Position numbers and translations under genes: made by a program
Part shown: positions 57,201-64,000 of the stretch, one piece after another
Numbering within the stretch: the stretch's first letter is position 1
How the letters are laid out: each line of letters starts with the position of its first letter
Assembly: GCF_003918875.1 (NCBI RefSeq)
Contig: NW_025765359.1
Coordinates: 682,001 to 746,000, forward strand
Reading direction: 5' to 3'
Source: Haliotis rubra
Lineage: Eukaryota
DNA length: 64,000 bases
The notes under the pieces: generated by a model
What the model was told of the DNA's origin: nothing
The model's database searches: none
Seen by the model: only the letters and a program-made list of their open reading frames with translations

Positions 57201-59226
57201 CTAAGCAGGTATGTTCTGCCAACTTGATAGCAATCGATGTCATTTTCATTACGCAAGCGACTTTTATAAATATATTCCGTAGGCAATTATTTTTCAATGC
57301 GTAAATGGGAATTTTCTATGCGTATTTTACCCGGATACGCAGCTTATCTGGGCCTCTGCATGTCAGACATTTGAAGCCTTGAGGAAACAGTGACAAAAAC
57401 GATTCTGATAATGATCAGAGATAAAGTTTAACACACAATCAGCGGATTGTGGCACAACAAGGGGAGATCACTCTGCAAAGAAGGAAACAAGTTCAAAACA
57501 TCGACACCCCAGTACCTTCTTTTAACATGAAAATATTAATCTATCAGAGACTAACTGGCAAGACAACCAAGCATTCAGATGAAGCTACTAATATCTTCTA
57601 TAAGATCATCAAAAAAGATTAGATCATCACTCAACATGCTCAACAAAGTGTCTTAATGTCAAAAAAACAAACACTGATGAATGATTTCACAAGTGAACTA
57701 CATATTATAAAGTCTAAACAAAGGGTCTTACTTGAATTTGCGCCATCATCTAAGATGTTCAATATGGATGCTTGCAAATCACAGAACAAGGCTTCGTCCC
57801 CATCGATATCGACGTACAGATCGTCACTACATTCGGAGCTTGCAACACTAGCATCACATGACACGCTGTTCAAGAAGGAATACATATCCTGCTGCAGTTC
57901 TGGCTTCGGCTGTCTGTGAATTCTGTCGAAATGGAACAAGGTGATTCGTGACATACGTCAAACATGTAATTTTTTTAATAAAATTGATATTTTATACTTA
58001 TCCTGACTCATGCTCTTTTGTTTGTCTCACACAACCGTCCTCAAGGGCGAAGGAGGAGAGAGTGACCAGCTTGGCTGGTCAGGTGATCAATAAGGGCGCC
58101 AAAGGGCAAAGGGAGGCTACTCGTGGGGTGAGTGATTTTATGTCCGCTTTTTTAAGGGAGCTACAAAAGGGGATTCAAGTGTTCCACTATAGTTCGCAAG
58201 AGGAAGGAGACAAGCAAAAGAGCATGAGTCAGGATAAGGAAAAATATACAAAAAATACAACCTATTTCAAACACTTTAACAGTGTGAAGAACAAAATGTG
58301 TTTTTTAATTCTTTTGGATGTTTCTTTGCTGGTGTTTAATGCCGATTGCTGCAAATATTTCAGCTTAATGACAAAGGTCTGTAATCTCGTCTGGAAATGA
58401 CAATCCTGTGATTGATAGTGTGAGCATCAACCTATGCAAGTGGGATTCAATGTGTGTCTCTCAAGTCAGCGGGTCTGACAACCCCATCCCATTAAGAGTG
58501 AGTGAGTATGGTTTCATGCTGCTTTTACAATCATATAGGCTTCATACATTTAACTCATGTGGAGAATCGAACCCGGATCTTCAGCATGACGAGAGAACAC
58601 TTTAACCACAAGGCTACCCCACCGGCCCCATCCCATTAAGACATTAGGCACTTCTAAGTTCTTGGGACAGGTATTGGTTACTGAAGACTCATTCGAACCC
58701 CTATGTTCTGCTGAAAGTCAGTCTAGTTGTAATTCCTGTCAATCTTTCTTCCCAGTACATTCAAATATCTTGAAATCTTTCATACACTTTACTCTGTATA
58801 TTTATTTTTCCCTGTACAGTTACGCAAAAAGAGCATAAAACACGAAATAAAATAACCTAACAAAAATTCTACCCAATATTGTCTACATAGTTAAATAAGA
58901 AACACCAGCAAAGTTCATATAATTTCTACCTATAATTTATTTTAGATATTCCACTTTCAAATACAATTCTTCAGCAAGAAAAGGTAGAGCCACAAAACTC
59001 CCAGATTTACAAAGACAACACATCATGATCAGTGTAAAACGTTAAGACAGTGGAGACTGATCGTAATCCAAAATTTGGAAGTACTGATATTGTTTCAAGT
59101 TACTACTCACCTGGAAATTTCTGCCTCAAAAGCGTTGATATCAAGATCAAGGTCAAAGTTATCTATAGGTACTTCACCGGTGTCAGAGCTGTCCGAAAAC
59201 CATGGGCTGAAATGAATGCAGGACAT
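45089..59226 (-). CDS. FAM199X: FAM199X ortholog, six coding exons
   Basis: ELGMREQLDIIRIINPNAYVSPTDREFVIDLETIDDTKLQKIQDYIK, SCDASVASSECSDDL and C-terminal KEKRSGLFVKEEVL...DVDILM match FAM199X motifs as recalled; exon phases consistent. Confidence 0.92.
45752..45879 (-). ncRNA. Box H/ACA snoRNA, family 2 copy a (intronic in FAM199X)
   Basis: TGCACATT/AATGTGCA hairpin, H box ACAGAA, CGAACAAG/CTTGGTCG hairpin, ACA+3 nt; 128 nt. Confidence 0.78.
46156..46310 (-). mobile_element. tRNA-like SINE family D
   Basis: A box TGGCTGAGTGG, B box GGTTCAAATCCC; homologous to 39368-39805. Confidence 0.7.
46432..46559 (-). ncRNA. Box H/ACA snoRNA, family 2 copy b
   Basis: Paralog of 45752-45879; H box AGAGAA and ACA retained; homology confined to the RNA. 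Confidence 0.75.
46718..47305. mobile_element. Non-autonomous DNA transposon, AcademH-like
   Basis: ~75-bp TIRs starting TAGTCT; perfect 10-bp TSD gtaacactgg. Confidence 0.8.
47444..47977. mobile_element. MITE, CAGGGCT termini
   Basis: TIR cagggctcaagataa / ttatctgtagccctg; 5-bp TSD gtaca. Confidence 0.78.
48122..48252 (-). CDS. FAM199X: FAM199X exon
   Basis: LETIDDTKLQKIQDYIKLNVP...KKTTK; gacag|...|gtaag. Confidence 0.9.
49174..49304 (-). ncRNA. Box H/ACA snoRNA, family 1 copy a (predicted 28S and 18S guide)
   Basis: GCATTCT/AGAATGC hairpin, H box AGATTA, CAGCATG/CATGCTG hairpin, ACA+3 nt; 131 nt; both pockets complementary to rRNA at 14-nt spacing. Confidence 0.88.
49732..49862 (-). ncRNA. 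Box H/ACA snoRNA, family 1 copy b
   Basis: One substitution versus copy a; inside a ~560-bp tandem duplication. Confidence 0.82.
50369..50885. mobile_element. Foldback (almost fully palindromic) MITE
   Basis: ~235-bp inverted arms tatagtccgttt... / ...aaacggactata with short spacer. Confidence 0.88.
51007..51289. mobile_element. MITE with internal GTTGCACC repeats
   Basis: caggg...ccctg termini; 5-bp TSD taaag. Confidence 0.7.
51493..51623 (-). ncRNA. Box H/ACA snoRNA, family 1 copy c
   Basis: Two substitutions versus copy a, both apical; homology stops exactly at the RNA 5' end. Confidence 0.85.
51758..52225. mobile_element. hAT-like MITE, second copy of 7229-7694
   Basis: End-to-end similarity and the same TIRs. 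Confidence 0.85.
52613..52860 (-). mobile_element. Deu/Nin-domain SINE-like fragment (related pieces near 5690-5830 and 18740-18850)
   Basis: Reverse strand CCACCCAGCTGTGAATGGG...GTATACTCCCCAGGGAG, resembling Deu/Nin SINE cores as recalled. Confidence 0.55.
53053..53204 (-). CDS. FAM199X: FAM199X conserved-domain exon
   Basis: SMLSCTEQMSVVEELSQVISSELGMREQLDIIRIINPNAYVSPTDREFVI. Confidence 0.93.
53187..54385. repeat. 88-bp minisatellite containing a FAM199X 3' splice site and exon start, about 13 units
   Basis: acatgacagcatactcctagaaacaacaccttcagactgtagcaacatcactactgtacgaacatcaccacttcaccctatttcctgt. Confidence 0.95.
54723..54888 (-). mobile_element. SINE family A
   Basis: Full-length reverse copy, TSD agagacaaagta. 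Confidence 0.9.
55378..55499 (-). ncRNA. Box H/ACA snoRNA, family 3
   Basis: AGCACTGA/TCAGTGCT hairpin, H box AGAGAA, TGTACAGA/TCTGTGCA hairpin, ACA+3 nt; 122 nt. Confidence 0.82.
56239..56581 (-). CDS. FAM199X: FAM199X Ser-rich exon (in-frame upstream acceptor at 56653 possible)
   Basis: VLSIDNIDLADTDWGVSS...KKRHKSQSTDGKRW; donor gtaagt. Confidence 0.83.
57029..57358. mobile_element. MITE, CAGAGCTCCAGATAAG termini
   Basis: TIR cagagctccagataag / cttatctgggcctctg; 7-bp TSD catgtca. Confidence 0.78.
57732..57922 (-). CDS. FAM199X: FAM199X exon
   Basis: IHRQPKPELQQDMYSFLNSVSCDASVASSECSDDL; gacag|...|gtaag. Confidence 0.87.
59111..59226 (-). CDS. FAM199X: FAM199X first coding exon (in-frame ATG at 59280 is an alternative start)
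   Basis: aaaATG; MSCIHFSPWFSDSSD...EAEIS; donor gtgagt; phase 2 fits next exon. Confidence 0.7.
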
Positions 59227-60497
59227 TTTCAGCAAGATGTTGAAATTCAAAGTGTGAGAAAGCAATGGTGGTATTTTCATGGGTTTGGATAGGAGAGTAT
59301 AGTCTAATGCTTTTTTAAATTTGCGATGATACAAAGATAGAGTCTCCGGATTTATATTCAGGTGTGGAACTGTACCCACACCATTACTGTGACCAGTTTC
59401 TGCTTTAACCACTTGGCTACCCAACAACCCTTGAAAATATATCATAGTTCTTCCATACAATAGTGTCAGTTACCTCCCTTGAACGGATGCGAATGGCTTG
59501 CCAATAGATTTCAACAACCTTGTCCTGCTTTGATACTTTTTCGCCACATTACACATGGACAAAAATTGTCAAGAAAAAACACGTTTTAGCATTCCTTGAT
59601 TATTTGCAATTCTAGTTACTTATTGTTCAAAAGTAAACAAATATCCATAACATGTTACTATTTATGTCTTTATGTGACTTAACACTTCATTGGAGACTAA
59701 ATGATATTAAATGTTCAAAAACTGCCCGATTTTAATTCCTACACAAAGCAACTTGAAAAACTGTATAAATAATAGAAAGAAGTCTTACAGATTGATAGAA
59801 AGCACTTAATTTTGAACACTGATCTCTACTGTCATCATAATGACAACATTTAAACTCCACAAATAAGTCTCCATGCCATATTATTGGTAACGCCAAGCTC
59901 AACAATATTCCTGCTACATGGCAGCAATCTTGAATAATCAAGTCTGGACAGACCATACAGAGATCAACATGAGCATAGATATACGCAAATTGGAATACAA
60001 TGACATTTGTCAACCAGGTAAGCGTGCTTGATTAGATGATCCTGTTAATCGCCTCTTATCGCCTCTTGACAAGCATGGTTTGCTGCAGACCATTTATAAC
60101 CCGGATCTTCAATGATCTTGAAAACATTTCCTGTCACACTGCTGCACAATGCTAATAAGGAAAACTCAATAATCAGGTAATTTTCAATACTTTTCAATAC
60201 CTTCAACTGAATAAAACTATTTTCCTGTAAGGGTAGATGAAAGATGTATCTAGATAATGCCTCAGTGTTGTTATTATGGAGGTAAGTAACTATACCAGTG
60301 ACCGATATTAGGAGCCCGGATATATGTAGTATTGCTGCATAGGAATTTAAACCAAAACTGTGAATAATGATTGTAATTGAATTTTTACCCTGAAATTGTT
60401 TAACCCTTTCATAGTCAACAAACTATCCCTGAATGACTAATAATAATTAATATTGCAACAATTGGATTGTCCTGCATTGTCTGTGTGGGCAGAGGTA

Positions 60498-60805
60498 GGT
60501 GAAATTGGGTTTAACGTCATGCTTGAGAATATTTCGCTCATATGACGACGTGCATGCGTGTGTATGTGTGGCTGCTTGTACTAGCCCAGACTTAAGCTGG
60601 TTTTATAGTGCTAGCCCACTGAGATACCATGCTGCAGTGAAGCATGAATACCCCACTCAGACACATTATACTGACTCCGAGCCGACCAGTCCTTGTTGTA
60701 CCTATTAATGCCGAGCGTCATGCAGGGACCAACAAGTACCATATTTTAACGTCTTTTGGTATGACACCAAGCGGACGCTCTAAGCACTACACCACGGAGG
60801 CGGCG
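60498..60805 (-). mobile_element. SINE family C with internal deletion in the head
   Basis: Body matches other copies; TSD-like gggcaga(g/a)gta. Confidence 0.85.
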
Positions 60806-62093
60806 GCATGGGCAGAAGTAAAATAGGAGTGGAAAATTCTTTCACTAAAACCAAGACAACTCAGCTTCCAACCCATGAGTTGACACTTCAACCAATATCA
60901 ATGTCTAAAGGTTGGTTACTTTGTTGTTTAACACCACACTCGCTGACTCAGCAATCTTCATATGTTCATTTATGTAAAGATTGTTATCAAAATCCAGAAT
61001 CAATTACTACTGATCCAATATTGATGCCTGAAGGAATGAGCCGCGAAAAGGAATATCCACACTGTAGTATCACAGGACAATTTGTTAGTGTGAATTGTCT
61101 GTATCATTGCGAGCAGAGGATGGGACAATAAAGGAGCAAAATGAGGAAAATATTCCAAGAATTGAAGAATTCTGGAGGAGGGTCATGGAACTAAAATAAC
61201 TCCTCTGCACTACATTTAGATTTTATGAGCAATCTCCTCCCCAATTCCAATATATACTGGACAAAATATGTAAGGAATAAACTCCGAAGACTCGCCAATA
61301 TTCGCGCGGTTGGTTGAGTCCGAGGCCGTTAGGCCAAGGACCCACCCAGCAGCCAATATTGGCGAGTCTGAGGAGTTTATTGCGCTTAAACCTAAAATCA
61401 TACATATTGGCGTCCTAGTTTCGTAACTCTTGCGACCGAATACAGCAATATTACTATTGGCGTCCTACATCTGGGTAGCACGGCATGCACGATACACACG
61501 CTCTACTGTGCACGTGGCAGCGTATTGGAGGGGTACAAAACAAACGAAATATTTTACTGCATCCATTTCACCAGATGTTTTCAATCATGTCAGGCGAATG
61601 GGGTTCTTTATGCGATGTCTTTTTTCACTCAAAATTAATACATTTTCCGAAGCAATTGAATGGAAGTATTTCGAGTGTCAATTTTGATATCACTCTGCAA
61701 GGGGACAGAAATCATGTAGATACAGTTGGGAATAGTTCTTCGGATGAGGATTTGCTGCGTGAGTCGCAAAACCTAGAATGGGAATTTGACCAAATGAATA
61801 GTTCAGCAGATGATGAACTGATGCTTGCTTCTCAGCAGATACAAAAAGAAGTGAACAAACAACTACCAAACGTTTCGGCAACCCTCTCTCGGTTTCTGAA
61901 TATCAAAGCTTGGAAAATCTCTCAAAAAATAAAAATACAGAAAAGAAAATCAGTGGGCAGAGCGGGTTTTCGATTCCTGGCAACGTGAAAGGGATGGGCT
62001 TGAATCCCAGTTAGGCAGCAGATTATTAAGTATTTCTGATGAAGATCTGAATAGGACGCTGAGTCTGTTTGTCACAGCAGTAAGGAACCAAAG

Positions 62094-62337
62094 GAGTGAG
62101 TGAGTTTAGTTTAACGCCGCACTCAGCAATATTCCAGCTATATGGTGGCGGTCTGTAAATAATCGCGTCTGGACCTGACAATCCAGTGATCAGCAGCATG
62201 AGCATCGATCTGCGCAATTGGGAACCGATGATATGTGTCAACCAAGTCAGCGAGCCTGACCACCCGATCTCGTTAGTCGCCTCTTACAACAAGCATGGGT
62301 TACTGAAGGCCAATATTCTAACCCGGACCTTCACGGG
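62094..62337 (-). mobile_element. SINE-like family B, full length
   Basis: TSD taaggaaccaaa defines the 5' end at CCCGTGAAG; (ACTC)n tail. Confidence 0.9.
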
Positions 62338-62463
62338 TAAGGAACCAAAAGGGAGGTCAACAAGGGCAACATAGTTCACGAGATTCTTATTTCGATGAGA
62401 GATTCTTGCGTCAAAGTGGTCGAGATGTTAACCTAACCACCGACTTTGCTTTTAGGGGTTTAA

Positions 62464-62631
62464 GACTGACTGACTGAGTTTGGTTTTACGCCACTTTTAG
62501 CAATATTCCAGCAACATCACGGCGGGGGACACCAGATATGGGCTTCACACATTGTACCCATGTGGGGATTCGAACCTGGGTCTTCGGAGTGACGAGCCAA
62601 CGCTTTAACCACTAGGCTACCCCACCGCCCC
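62464..62631 (-). mobile_element. SINE family A inserted in the Crypton relic
   Basis: TSD aggggtttaa. Confidence 0.9.
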
Positions 62632-63674
62632 AGGGGTTTAAGAACCATTTTAGACGCTAAAATGTAATCACTGGCACAGACTGGTTTTGGCATGCGTAGA
62701 AGGCTAGGAAAGCTAGCGTCATCACACCACAGGAGGAGGATGCATTGTGGGAGTCGGGTTTGCTTGGGGAAGACACCCCGGAGAAAATTGCTTGAAACCG
62801 CTTTTTATTTGAATGGGCTGTTGTCTATATAGACTTGACCAAAAGTACATGTCATTGAGGTGAGTGAATAACATGGTGATTACTTAAAATCCTAAAATTT
62901 AAAAAAAAATGAAATTCATATCTTTTTAAAAAATAGTTTGTTTAAAAAAAACATGACGACGGCTACAGTGCAGCCTGTATGCAATGTAGGCCAGTGGGTT
63001 GTGATGACTGGGGCATCGAACCCGCGCCGCAAGCACTTTAACCACTAGGCTACCTCACCGCCCATAGACGTAATTAATAACTGAGGCAGCCTAGTGGTTA
63101 TAGTGCTTGCGGAGCGGGTTCAATTCCCCGCAAAGGCACAATGTGTACAGACTGTAAAGCCCATGCGTTGTGTCCCCACCGTTATACTGCTGCAATTCAA
63201 GTGCTAAAACTGTACACTTCGTTGTGGAACGTAATGGTGCTAAAATGACATTTGACAAGAAATAAATGGATGAAAACATTGAGTTTGTTTCTGTATTTCA
63301 GTAATGGGGGTATTACTGTTTGAATTCAGCGTTAGGCCCGGGTCAGTAATAGGGCGCCAGTATTTGAAAGTAGGGCGCCAATAATACACGCGATAAAGTC
63401 GCCAATATACGAAGCTAGGTCGCCAATAAACGAAAGATACGGGCCTCCCATTCCATCCTTATTGGAGGGATATGTTTTGTAATGGAGGCAATTTTAGGTT
63501 TAAGTTAGGGATATTGGTATTTTTATTATTGATATTTTATCAGTGTGTCAATGAATAAATAGATCATTATTCATAATTTCAAAATGTACATATATCCCTA
63601 CCTATTTTTGTCCAGTATAGAAAAGCATTACTCTCAGAATCAACACCAGATTATGATTTACTAAACTTCGCGGT

Positions 63675-63867
63675 AAGAGTTCCGTCCGTAACCCGCTTGA
63701 AATGTAATCTATTTATTATGATTATTTCTAGGGGTTGGGTTTAGATTTAGCATTATGTTACGTTTATGGTTAGGTTTAGGGTAAGGGTTTAAGTGAGCTT
63801 TCTATAAAATTCATCTATTCTTAGGCATTGATAAATAAAAAAACGGGTGTTACGGGCGGAACTCTTT
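63675..63867. mobile_element. Small non-autonomous element with GGTTAGG-like core
   Basis: TIR aagagttccgtccgtaac / gttacgggcggaactctt. Confidence 0.65.
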
Positions 63868-64000
63868 CCAAAAAGGACATGCATGTGATCAATGCAACAA
63901 GTGATAGCAGTTAGGCTGCATGACCGGTTGACGGAGAAACTACACTCTGGTTGTAATACAACACGTGTATCCCTTGCGCAATGTTCATTCAGCACGTGGG

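Larger units (their letters stand above)
61253..63619 (+). mobile_element. Decayed Crypton-type (DUF3504/tyrosine recombinase) transposon
   Basis: Broken reading SDEDLNRTLSLFVTAVRNQK / LRTILDAKM / KASVITPQEEDALWESGLLGEDTPEK / LETAFYLNGL; inverted end repeats tatactggacaaaa and ttaaacctaaaat. Confidence 0.72.

Noticed and set aside
57541-57632. Possible C/D snoRNA on the - strand (GTGATGA...CTGA)
   Set aside because: No terminal stem, no C' box in the expected order, and only a marginal ~10-nt rRNA complement.
57948-58400. 150-aa + strand ORF antisense to a FAM199X intron
   Set aside because: No recognisable domain or exon context; the purine-rich core at 58030-58240 remains unexplained.

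Overview
Eukaryotic, intron-rich window, most likely from a gastropod mollusc. The kinase resembles Aplysia twitchin as I recall it, and the SINE content is abalone-like; the organism is inferred, not shown. Two convergent genes occupy it. (1) + strand, about 795-37045: the 3' part of twitchin (unc-22/projectin family), with domain order Fn-Ig-Ig-Fn-Fn-Ig-Ig-Fn-kinase-autoinhibitory tail-Ig-Ig-Ser-rich linker-Ig-[Pro/Ala/Glu-rich phase-1 cassette exons]-Ig-Ig. It also has a candidate alternative terminal exon and a candidate internal TATA promoter. Three clear 1-2 nt frameshifts in it, plus one possible one, are probably consensus errors. (2) - strand, 45089-59226: a six-coding-exon FAM199X ortholog. 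The most notable signal not explained by the ORF track is six box H/ACA snoRNA genes (three families) in FAM199X introns, on the host strand. Three guide pockets match 18S/28S rRNA sequences recalled from memory. One FAM199X 3' splice site is also amplified about 13-fold by an 88-bp minisatellite. The rest is dispersed repeats: tRNA-derived SINEs, a SINE-like family with a non-tRNA pseudoknot head, several MITE families, a decayed Crypton-type element, a LINE 3' fragment, minisatellites and one 131-nt gap.
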